DNA from: Eledone cirrhosa
Taxonomy: Eukaryota
Direction: 5' to 3'
Length of the DNA stretch: 64,000 bases
NCBI GenBank assembly: GCA_964016885.1
Contig: OZ024742.1
Location: forward strand, 189,534,001 to 189,598,000
Within the stretch, counting starts at the first letter, position 1. Each line of letters begins with the position of its first letter. Shown in pieces: positions 41,400 through 54,321 of this stretch. Both the position numbers and the translations under genes were made by a program. The notes beneath the pieces were generated by a model that was not told the DNA's origin, did no database searches, and saw nothing but the letters and a program-made list of their open reading frames with translations.

Positions 41400-41915
41400 T
41401 GGTGCAATAATGCACCAGCTCCAGCACTTAGTCATCAGATGAAGCGAAGGAAGTAGATGTAAAAGCCAAAATTGCTATCTTCAGTTTGATGTTTATTCAT
41501 AATCTTACCTATGGTCATGAATGTTGGGTAACAATCACAAATATAAGCAGCCGAAATGGGGTTCCTGTGAAGGGGGTTTTGAATTATGTTACTCAATAGA
41601 TTTCATAGCTCAGAGTTCAGGGAGTTGCTCAAGGAAGAGTCACTGCTTATTTGCATTGAAAGATCACAGTTCCAGTACTATAGTCAAGTGTTTAGAATGT
41701 CTAAGGAAAGAATTGCTGGAAAGACTTTATGGGCAAATCCAACTAGCAAGCGACCCACAGGTAACACATGAGCAAGATGGTTGGACAACTTTTATGAGCT
41801 TAGCTGGTCTTGCTTTGGGGATTCAGCCAGATCATTTGAAGATGGTTGCTTCTGATAGGACCTTCTGGAAGGTGAGTCTAAGAACAAGATCCCCATGACC
41901 CTCACAAGAATAAGT
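41400..41915 (+). mobile_element. Degenerate non-LTR retrotransposon (RTE-like) 3' fragment
   Basis: Frameshifted remnants LTYGHECW, AAEMGFL and IERSQFQYYSQVFRMSKERIAGK..KRPTG. Confidence 0.65.
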
Positions 41916-42626
41916 GAATGAAGGAGAAGAAATAGAAGAACGAAGTAGTTGAAATTGCAACGAAAAGAGAGAAGTGTTTAGATTCAATAGGGTGTTTATA
42001 ACAAAGTACTGGACATTGTTATAGTGTGACAATAACAAGTGAAAGAAAGATATGCAACACAAACACATGCCAATTACTACATCACTTGAAACCCAGGGGC
42101 CAAAAACCTCATGTTTTTAACATGGTAGGCCTAGTTCAATGATGAAAACTGCAACATAATTTAAGTTTATGAGGGAGGTTGATGAAAAGTGAAGTTAACC
42201 TGGGCAGATGTTGAACTCAGAGCAGAAGGGGATGAAACAAATACTGAAAGGCATTTTGTCCTACGCTGTAACAACTCAGCCTGTTCAACACAATAAATAT
42301 GACTTTTATTTAGATATTTTTTTCAGTAGTAATACTTATTTTATTTTGATAGAAAAGGATCTGTAAGTGTTGTAAAATAAAATATAAAATAATTGATCTA
42401 GACTGTTAAGATATTATATATATTATGTATTTATTTTAATATGTAGCTTCATTTTATTTTCAAGTGTGTCATTTACTTTTTAGCTATACTTATAATATAT
42501 CTGTATATGTGTGTGTGACTATGTATATAATTATATATATATATGTATGATTATATATATACACAAATATGTGTGTGTGTGACTATGTATATAATTATAT
42601 ATATATATGTATGATTATATATATAC

Positions 42627-42667
<41 letters not shown>

Positions 42668-42774
42668 TGTATATACACATACACACACACACACACACAC
42701 ATACACACATATATATACACATATATATACACATATATGTATACATACATATATATATATATATACATATATGT

Positions 42775-42805
<31 letters not shown>

Positions 42806-42808
42806 CAT

Positions 42809-42865
<57 letters not shown>

Positions 42866-43116
42866 TACATGATATATATATATATAGGAGGGGACTGCAT
42901 GTCTTTATCTGAGTACACATCTTTCTATTATATTTATCTTTCTGTCTTTTTCTTTCTCAATGACTCCACTCTTTCTCTTTTTGTCTCTCTACACACATAC
43001 ATATACACATACAGCAAGTACCTGGAATGTGTAATGAATGCTTCTCTACATGCATCCTTAGAATTATTAGTATTATTATAAAGAAATCATTATATATATA
43101 TGAATATATATGTATA

Positions 43117-43166
<50 letters not shown>

Positions 43167-43288
43167 GATATATATATATATATTTTTATATATGAATATA
43201 TATATATATATATATATTCATATATATATATATATGAATATATATATATATATATGAATATATATATATATGAATATATATATATATA

Positions 43289-43338
<50 letters not shown>

Positions 43339-43494
43339 TATATATATATTTTAGAGAGTTAAACAAGATTCAATGAGTACATCAAAGAATGAGTTTTACA
43401 GTAGATTGAAAGCACTCTACAGTAATATATTTTCCGGAGCTATTAATATTAAATTCAAATATTAACAAAATAGATGTTCTTGTGATCAATTAAA

Positions 43495-43558
43495 TTTTAT
43501 TATACATATTTCAGAGGTACTTGAATCAAGTTCAACAGTACGTCCTCATCAGATAAAA
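43495..43558 (-). ncRNA. Minimal hammerhead ribozyme (left arm)
   Basis: Reverse complement of the 45420-45483 motif, differing in the stem II loop. Confidence 0.7.
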
Positions 43559-45419
43559 TAAAATGATACATGGCATACCCTGACATGTTAGATGGTTAAG
43601 ATTTAATCAAAGAAGTGATTAACTTATGAGAAAACTCAATATTTATACCCTGGAAATGAGAACATGGGAAAACGTAATAGAATCAATAGAGAGGTTGTGA
43701 GTAAGAAAAACATTGCTTTAATGTAACAGTTATAGAGTTTTTAAAGATTGAAATACTACTGTAGGACTATAGAGGAAGACTATAGATATCTGGAGTTATA
43801 ATTTTTTTAGTTTTTAGTTTGAGAATGCAACTGATAGATAATTAAAGAGAGGGGGAGATAAAGGGGAGTAATTTATGCACAAATATTCTTCAGACACATA
43901 TAAACATGTATAGCCTTGACAGTTAAATTTCAAAATATTTAATTTATGTTATTTTAGGGCAACAAATCAAAATTTTAGGTTTTAAAAGTTGATGGTTATT
44001 TGTGTTATAAATTTTATAAATTTTATAAATGTGTTAAATTTCTAAAATTCAAAGTTTTATGAAAACAAATTTAAAGGATTTACTAGGCCGGCAAAAGAAA
44101 AATATATACTGTTCAATATTCACGCAAAGGCTTTTGGGATATTATTAACTTTGATCCAGACCTTTATTTTTCTATCTCTCTTTTAAATATTGTTGTGATA
44201 TCTAACCTGTACATTTTTACGGACCTTATTTTGAACTGTGGATCATTCATGCGTTTACATTTTTATATATATCTATGTATTTTATAGTTATGCAAGTATG
44301 AATTTATTATCTAAGATTATAATCGTTATCCTTTACTAAATGTATACCGTCTCATTAATACTTAGTATATCTCTCTATATGCAGTTGGTGCAAATATGTT
44401 TATATTGTATAATAACATAATCATAATTATAGTTCGGTATATCTCTGTATATAGTTTTGTGCAAATATGTTTATAATGTATAATAACAGAATCATAATTT
44501 TAGTTTGGTATAACTCTATATATAGCTTGTGCAAATATATTTATATTGTATATTAACATAATCCTAATTAGAGTTCGGTTCTTCCCTAGAAGGCTGAACT
44601 AATGTAGTGATCTATTATAATATATGAACAAATAATAAAAAATAATAATTTATAGTCCTCTTATTACGATCAATGCACACATATATATATATATATATTT
44701 ACAGCTGAAAACTCTGGTTTAATTGTTAAACTTTAGACACTATAACTATTTAACAATAAATTCCTTGATAATTATAACTGTAAATACTTCATAAACTATA
44801 CATACGGAAAATGTTGACACTGTTACAAGTAATATTGTTAAAGATTACCTTTGCGTGAATATTGAACAGTATATATTTTTCTTCCACGGGCCTAGTAAAT
44901 CCTTTAAATTTGTTTTCATAAAACTTTGAATTTTAGAAATTTAACACATTTATAAAATTTATAAAATTTATAACACAAATAACCATCAACTTTTAAAACC
45001 TGAAATTTTGATTCGTTGCCCTAAAATAACATAAATTAAATATTTTGAAATTTAACTGCCAAGGCTATACATGTTTATATGTGTCTGAAGAATATTTGTG
45101 CATAAATTACTCCCCTTTATCTCCCCCTCTCTTTAATTACCTATCAGTTGCATTCTCAAACTAAAAACTAAAAAAATTATAACTCCAGATATCTATAGTC
45201 TTCCTCTATAGTCCTACAGTAGTATTTCAATCTTTAAAAACTCTATAACTGTTACATTAAAGCAATGTTTTTCTTACTCACAACCTCTCTATTGATTCTA
45301 TTACGTTTTCCCATGTTCTCATTTCCAGGGTATAAATATTGAGTTTTCTCATAAGTTAATCACTACCTTGATTAAATCTTAACCATTTAACATATCAGGG
45401 TATGTCATGTATCATTTTA

Positions 45420-45483
45420 TTTTATCTGATGAGGACGTACTGTTGAACTCCATTCAAGTACCTCTGAAATATGTATAATAAAA
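45420..45483 (+). ncRNA. Minimal hammerhead ribozyme (right arm, sense to Kv2 pre-mRNA)
   Basis: ttttat-ctgatga-gga c gtac tg ttgaa ctcca ttcaa gtac c tct-gaaa-tatgta-ta^-ataaaa; predicted cleavage after 45477. Confidence 0.72.
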
Positions 45484-45671
45484 TTTAATTGATCTCAAGA
45501 ACATCTATTTTGTTAATATTTGAATTTAATATTAATAGCTCCGGAAAATATATTACTGTAGAGTGCTTTCAATCTACTGTAAAACTCATTCTTTGATGTA
45601 CCCATTGAATCTTGTTTAACTCTCTAAAATATATATATATATATTCATATATATAGATATATATTCATATA

Positions 45672-45738
<67 letters not shown>

Positions 45739-45776
45739 ATATACATACACACACACACATATATATATATATATTG

Positions 45777-45815
<39 letters not shown>

Positions 45816-45835
45816 TGTATATACATATATTTATA

Positions 45836-45887
<52 letters not shown>

Positions 45888-45891
45888 TATG

Positions 45892-45976
<85 letters not shown>

Positions 45977-46316
45977 GATGTGACAAATTAATTTAGCATC
46001 ACTTTCAGTCTTTAGAATTTATACACTGCAACTTATTTAAATAACATTTATTTTATGCTATGCTACATTTCATTTTTTTTTTCTTACTTCCTTAATATCA
46101 TTTATCACTGTTTACTTATGCATATCAACTCTAAACTATTCTCTGATAACAGCATCTACATATATATTTATATATATATATATATATTCAGCTATGTTGA
46201 GGTTACTGAATCTTGCTTATAACATAATGATTAACAGCAATACTAAACTCTTTCTTCATATTAGTGTATATTAAAAATCATTCTAATATAGATCATTATT
46301 ATATAAAAAGGATGGG

Positions 46317-46498
46317 CGGTGGATTGGCAGTATCAGTAGAGGGTCGGACGCCATGCTTTCCAGCATAGTTACGTCCCTTTACGATCTGAGTTCAAATCCC
46401 GCCGAGGTTGACTTTGCCTTTTATCCTTACGGGGTCGATAAAATAAAGTACCAGTAATGAACTGGATAATTGCTGGCCTTGTGCCTAAAGTAGAAACA
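46317..46498 (+). mobile_element. SINE family A, full length
   Basis: A/B boxes; 18-bp TSD attattatataaaaagga at 46295-46312 and 46499-46516. Confidence 0.9.
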
Positions 46499-46668
46499 AT
46501 TATTATATAAAAAGGAATTCTCACTATATCTCAATATAAAAACAATATTGCTAATATTTGACAATAAAAATAATTAACATTAGAATATATGAATTGAGAC
46601 TTAATATTTATTGTGAATTATTTTGAAATAAAATTGTGTTTATGTGTGTGTGTTTGTTTGTATAAATA

Positions 46669-47288
46669 CATCATCATCATCATCATCGTTTAATGTCCAT
46701 CTTCCACACTTGCATGGGTTTGGACGGGAATTTTCCCACTTGAGGCAAGATTGGTTGATTTGCTCGCATAGGACTGTCTGGCGGGTTTTCTACGGCTGGA
46801 TGCCCTTCCTAACACCAACCACATTTACAGTGTGGACTGGGAGGTTTTTACCGTGTTACCTACACGGCCACATTACAGCGTGGACTGTGTGTTTTTTTGT
46901 CGTGACACCTACACGACCTCATTTGTTTCAGCCTGGATGTTGTGGTACCAACATAACTTTACATTGAAAGGGGTGGTGTGGATGGGGTGGGGTGGGGGTA
47001 GTGGGACGGGGTGTATTTTTGTTAGAGGTGCCTACTGACTGACTGTAGGTTCGCTTTGTACTTAGGCAAGGCGGGTCTTCTGTATTACTGTGTAGTGCCA
47101 AAGATCTCGGTCCAGTGACATTGTCTTGGAGAGGTGTAAGTGTGTGAGGCTGGAATTTATCAAGTCGTCCCAGGTTTTTCTGGTTCTGCCTACTAGTCTT
47201 CTCTCGAGTAAACAGCATCTGTTCCCTCTTATTCCTAATTTCTCCCTTAGTTTGTTTATGCTTTGCCGTTCACGTATATTACTGTTAC
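46669..47288 (-). mobile_element. RTE-clade LINE 3' fragment with long 3' UTR
   Basis: LREKLGIRGNRCCLLERRL..GRTRKTWDDLI..DRDLW C-terminal remnant; (ATG)n tail at 46669-46687. Confidence 0.7.
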
Positions 47289-48209
47289 ATATATATATGT
47301 GACATTTTTCGTGATGCATGGTATTGCTGGCCATAGGCAAGTCCCTAGCAAGACTAAAAAGCCATGTCCGTTATGTTCATACTTAAGTATCAAATGATGG
47401 GATTATTTGAAATCTAGTTGCAGCCATCATAATATATATATATATAAGCATAGATGATCCTGTAACTCTTGAGGGAGTCATACGGGTGCTGTATTGACAT
47501 AGGGCATTTTTAGAGCATTTTAAAATCTTGTGTGGCCCAATCCTCTCCAGGTCTGACATACATATATATATATGTACAAACCCTATTGATAAAATATCCA
47601 AATTTTGTCTAGGAAAAGTGTACGTATTTGATGGGGTTCAGTTTCTAATTCCCTTTGAAAAGGCCCCTTTACCTCCACACACATAGCCCAGTAATCTGCC
47701 TTCCATGTATGGAATGTTTCTTCTGGAAAGGCTCCCAGTTCCACCTTTAGAGTTTATATGTTGTCCACTCAGCTCTCAAAGAAATCAGAAGAAGCTATGT
47801 TGACAAATAAGTAAAATACTTTATATCAGCTATGTTGAATAAGACTGGATATTGCCATGATGCAGCTGCCGGTTTTGTAAGGTCCACAGATATGGTTGCA
47901 CTGAAGAACATCATAAAAGTGTTAGAGGACTTCCTGGCAGTACTCCATTGTAATTAGTTATCCTTCTGATGTGTATTCATGACGGACAATGCCTCTGAAA
48001 TTGAAGACAGTCTTATATGTAGCTTCACTTACAGTTCTTCACACCAAACATTTGTCTCACTCAGATTATTACTTTCCACAGGAAAATATATAGTTGGATA
48101 TTTTTTCAACAGACATCATCTATGTGCGTACATGTATGTGTATGTGTGTAAGTGTGTGTATGAGAAAGAGAGTGAGTGAGAGAGAGAGATAGATAGAGAG
48201 AGAGAGAGA

Positions 48210-48278
<69 letters not shown>

Positions 48279-48884
48279 TTTATCTGTATCGACATTCCTG
48301 AGGATTACATTAAGGGTGAAGGCTATATGTGACTCTGGAATACTCAGCCACAAAAATACTAATAGAAATAACTGGAATACTGAACATTGAAACTGACAGC
48401 CTCCATTTACCTCATTTTATATTGACAAGCATGTGTATATACATGAATGTATGTGTGTGTCTGTATATGAGTGTATTTATAGAGAGAGAGAGAGAGAGAG
48501 AGTTGAAATAGATTACCTATATATATAATATATATATAAATGAAAGGTATAGAAAACATTGTAGCAAAAAGCCAAGAGTATTCCATAATATATAATATAT
48601 ATATATATATATATATGTATATATGATGATGATGATGATGATGATATATATATATATATAATATACTATATTATATATGATGATATATATGTATATGAAT
48701 ATATATGATGATATATATGTATATGAATATATATGTATATATATATGAATATATATATATATATAATATACTATATTATATACTATATAATATATTATTT
48801 ATACTCCAGTCCTACAAATTGTAGAGTGCTACTTATCCGATATTTGCATTGCTTTATTGTGCTACAATAAAACTCACCTCCTAC

Positions 48885-48971
<87 letters not shown>

Positions 48972-48976
<5 letters not shown>

Positions 48977-50300
48977 TAAAAAGCAAGAGTAGAATAGCAC
49001 AGAAGTATTTTTAAAGAATCTTTTTGTCTGTTTTCTTTAATCTGACAGAATAAATATTACTTTCTATATTTGTTACATTAATTCAATTTAAGTTTTATCA
49101 AATATTATCGGTTTCAATTGGTATGTCAATCTTATCTAATATTAAAAAAGTCTGTTCTCATATTCTGCGATCAGTTAGGACATATGTGAATTTTCACTCA
49201 AGATCTCTTCTTATATATATATTCTTTATGATGGTGTGGTGGTGAATGTGAAAGCGGTGTTTTACAGGTCAGGATTCAATTGATTTACTAGAAAATTCTA
49301 ATGATTTAAATAGAAAATTCCCTTTCTATTCAAAATATAGGCTCTTATGGCATTTTGTTCTCCTGTGTTATGTGTGTGTAGGTGGGATTCCATTGCATCA
49401 AGATTCATGTTTTTTAGGGTTTGTAGATAAAACCAAGAAAAAAAGAGTAGATATAAATATATCATCATCATGAGACGCTAGCATGGGTTATTAATAGATA
49501 TAAAGATGATAGAAAGTAAAAAGAATAGATATAAATATATCATCATCATGATATGCTAGCATGGGTTATTAATAGATATAAAGATGATTGAAAGTTTTAT
49601 TGAAAATACAATGAAAGATATCTAAATAAAACTGGATAATATTAATGTAATAAAAAACATTTTTCTGCAAATTTTTTTTTCAATCATGAAGAATTGATTT
49701 TGATAGTGCAATGTGCTAGAAAAGTTGTGATTTTTCTTTTGTCTTGTGGTGTGTGTGTGTGTTAATAGGGTTCCATTGTGTCAAGAGTTAAAGTTTATTT
49801 GGGGTTTGAAGATAAAAACAAAAATAAAAGAATGAATAAATAAAAAACAAATATAAATTTTATTTATTATTTTCATTCTTTTCTTCTAGTTTTTACCTTC
49901 AAACACTAAATAAATTTGAACTCTTCAACTCTAGTAAGTTTGGACGTTAGTATAGCAATTAAATCCTAAACGTTTGAACCCTACTGCTACCCTCACAACC
50001 CCAGCTTCATAAATAATATATATAAAAAGAATTATTGAGAGAAAATTCACATATGTTCTAACTGCTCACAGAATATGAGAACAAACCTTTTTAATATTTG
50101 ATAAGATTGACATAGCAATCGAAACTGGTAATATTGAAAAAATTTAAATCCACTTAATGTAACAGTTATAAAAATATTTATTCTGTCAGATTTTAAAAAA
50201 AAAAAAAAAAGGATCTTTAAATATTTCCAATTTTCTAATTTTACTTTTTACCCTTTTTAACCTTTGATGTGTATGGAATGTTACCAACTTTTCCAACTAT
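48972..50300. mobile_element. Old PLE-derived element with diverged inverted arms and decayed hammerheads
   Basis: 48972-49235 is inverted at ~50005-50255. Plus strand 50090-50138: uuuaauau-UUGAUAA-GAUUG acauag CAAUC-GAAA-CUGG-UA^-auauugaa. Nested palindrome at 49780-49925. Confidence 0.7.
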
Positions 50301-50312
50301 ATATATTTATAT

Positions 50313-50820
50313 GGTGGATTGGCAGTATCGGTAGAGGGTCGGACACCATGCTTTGCAGCATAGAGTTACGGCCCTTTATGATCTGAGTTTAAGTCCCGCC
50401 AAGGTTAACTTTGCCTTTCATCCTTATAGGGGCGATAAAATAAAGTACCAGTCATGCACTGGGGTTGATTTAATCGACTTTCCCCTCCCCCCGAAAATTG
50501 CTGGCCTTGTGCCTATATGAGAAACCATTATTTTATATAGAAATGGCTTCTACATGACTAGAACTGTTTCATTTGTATGAAATCATTGGGAATGCTAGGT
50601 GAAATAGAGAGTCATTGGTACTTATGAGTTTCCTCGGTGGATTGGCAGTATCATTAGAGGGTCGAATTCCATGCTTTGACGTATAGAGTTACGGCCCTTG
50701 CCATTCTGATTTCAAATCCCGCCGAGATAAACTTTGCTTTTTATCCTTGCGGGGTCAATAAAATAAAGTACCAGTAATGCACTGGCTAATTGCTAGCCTT
50801 GTGCCAAATGTAGAAACAAT
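50313..50820 (+). mobile_element. Two SINE family A copies (50313-50527, 50635-50820)
   Basis: A/B boxes and conserved body/tail. Confidence 0.85.
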
Positions 50821-50864
50821 TTATAAATAAAGATATATATATATATCATTATTTTCATCATTGA

Positions 50865-50898
<34 letters not shown>

Positions 50899-50995
50899 TT
50901 CTTTATAAATTGTTTCTACATTTGGCACAAGGCTAGCAATTACCCAGTGCATTACTGGTACTTTATTTTATTGACTCCGCAAGGATGAAAGGCAA

Positions 50996-51037
<42 letters not shown>

Positions 51038-51039
<2 letters not shown>

Positions 51040-52087
51040 GCGTTAGCTAACAGTGGCTTCTCGCAACCTATCACTTACTCTCCCACTAACAACAACAGCA
51101 ATAAGAAAATAAAGTGTAGCAATAGACAAACTATCTGGTTCTCTCCTCCCTTCTCACTCAACATTAAAACCAATGTAAGCAAAACATTTATAGCCCTCTT
51201 AGATAGACACTTTCCCATAGGTCATAAATACTGCTCCATCTTTAACCGACACAAAGTAAAACTAGGATACTCCTGCACTAAGAACATGAAAGCCCATATC
51301 ACCAACAGCTCTAAGAGCAACACCCCACCAGGGTGCTCTTGCCGTAAGCCCAAAGCTTGTCCCCTTCAACAGCAATGCAACACACCCACTGTAATTTATG
51401 AAGCCGTGGTCACTTCCAACCGACTAAATCAACCACAGGAGGTCAAATCCTATGTGGGTATGATGGAGGGCCGATTTAAGGAATGCTTCCTGAACCACCA
51501 GTTGACCTTTAGGTATCCGGACAGACGTTCATCCACGAAACTCACGAGCCACGTATGGTCTTTCAAGGACTCAAGTATAGACTACTCCATTCAATGGAAA
51601 GCCATCACTAAGTCCAAGCCATATGCAAGGGGCAATCCATCGTGTGGACTATGTATTGATGAACGAATAAATATTCTAAAGAGATTACATAATAGCAATT
51701 GCCTAAATCAAGAAATGAATCCTTCACACGTTGTCCACACATCTGGAAACACCTCTTACATAACTACAAAGCTCCGGATTGAATTACAACAACATCCTAA
51801 TGTTCTTATCAACTAGAAACTTTCAGACTTTCACAGTTATCTCCCTTACACCTCTCGCACACAATTTAGTATTGCCTGAGTGAAGTGACCATTTTTGCGC
51901 ATGCGTGTTCATACGGTTGTCCTTCCTGTTCCGTATAACCATGTCCATTACGAGCTGAGGATCCGCTAAGGTGAAACAATTGTTCTCGGTATGGTGAACT
52001 AACTGTTGCATAACCATTTCTACCTAACTCGTCCCATGAACTGAGTGCTCTACCACTACGGATATTACCTTCCTGTGTTCTACCACT
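51038..52087 (+). mobile_element. 5'-truncated Penelope-like retroelement (linker + GIY-YIG endonuclease remnant + 3' pseudo-LTR)
   Basis: Open from 51040: IWFSPPFSLNIKTN..LLDRHFP..IFNRHKVKLGYSC..CSCRKPKACPLQQQC..VIYEA..YVG..FKECFLNH..CGLCIDE..LN. A 1-nt frameshift near 51710 restores RNESFTRCPHIWKHLL, with TGA at 51780. Flanked by (TA)n. Confidence 0.85.
51945..51994 (+). ncRNA. Hammerhead ribozyme in the PLE 3' pseudo-LTR
   Basis: CCAU ua CGAG-CUGAGGA-U CC gcuaa GG U-GAAA-CAAUUG-UU^-CUCG gu AUGG; palindromic stem III loop; predicted cleavage after 51984. Confidence 0.75.
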
Positions 52088-54134
52088 ATATATACACATA
52101 CATATATAGTGTAAACAAATTTACATGAAGAAGAATTAAGTACTCACTACCAGTGTAGTGTGAAATATTTGCATATTGGAACTGTAAATATATGAACTAA
52201 CACAGTGTTACTAATAGTTTCATGACACAGTTAAAAGCTCAATCAATCTTTGGACAATATATAACTAACAACATTCCACAACATACAAATAGTTTCCTGC
52301 CATGTACTGAGTTAAGGATAATAGAAGAACTCTCACCAAACCAATTTCACTGCTTATAATTTCTCTTTTTAACCTTTTTGGCACATATTTCTGATGTCAT
52401 ACATTGTAACTTGAAAATTTGAAAGTCCCAAATGCAGAAAATAATTGTAATAACAGTAAGTCACAATGAATTCTTTCTGAGAAAACTAGGTAAATTCCCC
52501 TTAAGAGACTAAAATAATTTACTTAATTTTCTCTTTTACTTATAGTGATCATTTCATATTACAGTCATTTTCAGCAATTGGGACTCATACATTCACATGT
52601 CAAGCTCTTCCAGTGCTTTTCTAATACATAAGTATCCATATTTGAATTTATTAATAAAGGGTTTAGAGGGATTCACTGAAATTATTAATTATTTCATTAT
52701 TAAGATGGTATTTGTAGCATAACTTAATAAGAGGTTCTTATATGAAATGTTGTTGCAAGATTTTAATCTGAACAGAAACACTTTAAGTTAGGGGGTTTTG
52801 TTTCATACAACCATGAGTAGATTTGGGAGGAGTGATATCAGAAGGCTAAATTTGTCAATCCAAGGAAGACAACTTAAATCAACTTAAATAATTTTATCAT
52901 CATGTTATATATTTTGTAACAGATACCATAGAGTCATGGTGCATGACAGGAAACTAGCAGTATCTCCCTCTAGTTGCATCATATGACTACAGGCTGTTTT
53001 GTGGAAGGTCACTAGTACTATATTAACTGAATATTGACTAAGGTTATAAGCTTTTCACGAAATTGCATGAAGTTGCTAGGATATTGGGCTTTCAATAAAA
53101 AAAATGTTGGTTTCAATTCTTAGACCATGTAGCAGATTGTTTCCTTGATTGTTTCCTTGTATTTCATTTCATGTTTCTCATGTTCATCAACTAAAAATGA
53201 GTACCAAATGGAATTTGCTTTCTAGGCAGGGAGAAATCTTGTATTCTCAGTCACTTAATGCTTCATGAAACTTGTGTAAGCTCTGGCCCATCTACAAGCA
53301 TAGATGAAGCATAGATGTGAAAACAATGACTTTCTGATAAATCTTTTAATAAAGATTTATCAGAAATGTATACATTGATTAAACCAATTTATTATTATAT
53401 GAATGTATGATTGTATGCGTGCATCCATGTATGTATATATGTATGTATGTGTGTATGTAAATGTGTTAGTATGAATGTATATATGTATGCCTGCATTCAT
53501 GCATGTATGTATGTATCTATATATACATGTGTTTTGTACATATGTTTGTTTGTATGAGTGTATGTATAGGTGCAGGCATGTGTATATGTCTATGTGACTC
53601 TCAAGAGCATGTTTGAAATATAAAATATACTATTTTATTTCAAAATGAATTTAAAACTAAAAATTCTCAAATTGATTAAGGTTTATTAGTTTATTTATTG
53701 TTCATAATTATTCCAGTTTGTCGTAGTAGAACTTAGAATCTAACCAAAATTCTTAATTATACTAATGTTGGTTGCATAATTTAAACTAAGCTTTAGTTTG
53801 CTTGAGCACTCTTAGTCCAAAGTTCAAATTATTTTTCCTTTTTCACATATGTTAGATTGTCACTTTGATCGTTGATCACCCAGTATTCATATATACATTA
53901 TGAAATATATGCTTTGAATTATGTCAACTTAAGTTTGACAAACTATAGATGTTGCAATGGTCTGTAGTTTCAATTCATGCTTGACTAAAACTATTTCATT
54001 GATTAAACTATGCCTCTTTTTTTCTCTCTCTCTCTCTTCCAATTTAACAGGTTTTAAAAAAGTAATTATGATAATTTTAATGTTAATAATAAAACTGATA
54101 ATGACAATGCAAATAATAATAATGACAATGATAA

Positions 54135-54169
<35 letters not shown>

Positions 54170-54296
54170 TTAATAATAATAATAATAGGTGTGTATTTAT
54201 ATTCTCCCATAAATGAAAACTCTGAACAATTCCAGGGAAAATCCTTTTATAACTTGCCTACTCATGAGTTAAATTTTGTTCTTTGGGTTTAATATA

Positions 54297-54321
54297 AGGA
54301 TCGTCGTCGGGTAGAAGTCAT
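54297..54321 (+). promoter_or_regulatory. Candidate ECS for outer-pore codons 57622-57646 (GDIYPTTIL)
   Basis: aggatcgtcgtcgggtagaagtca is the reverse complement of exon tgacatctacccgacgacgatcct at 23 of 24 positions, including 19 contiguous Watson-Crick pairs. Confidence 0.85.

Larger units (their letters stand above)
43349..45629. mobile_element. 2.3-kb fold-back element: 782-bp inverted arms, each with a hammerhead, inserted in (TA)n
   Basis: 43349-44130 is a near-identical reverse complement of 44848-45629; the 717-bp spacer contains a 71-bp tandem repeat x3 (44366-44578). Confidence 0.9.
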
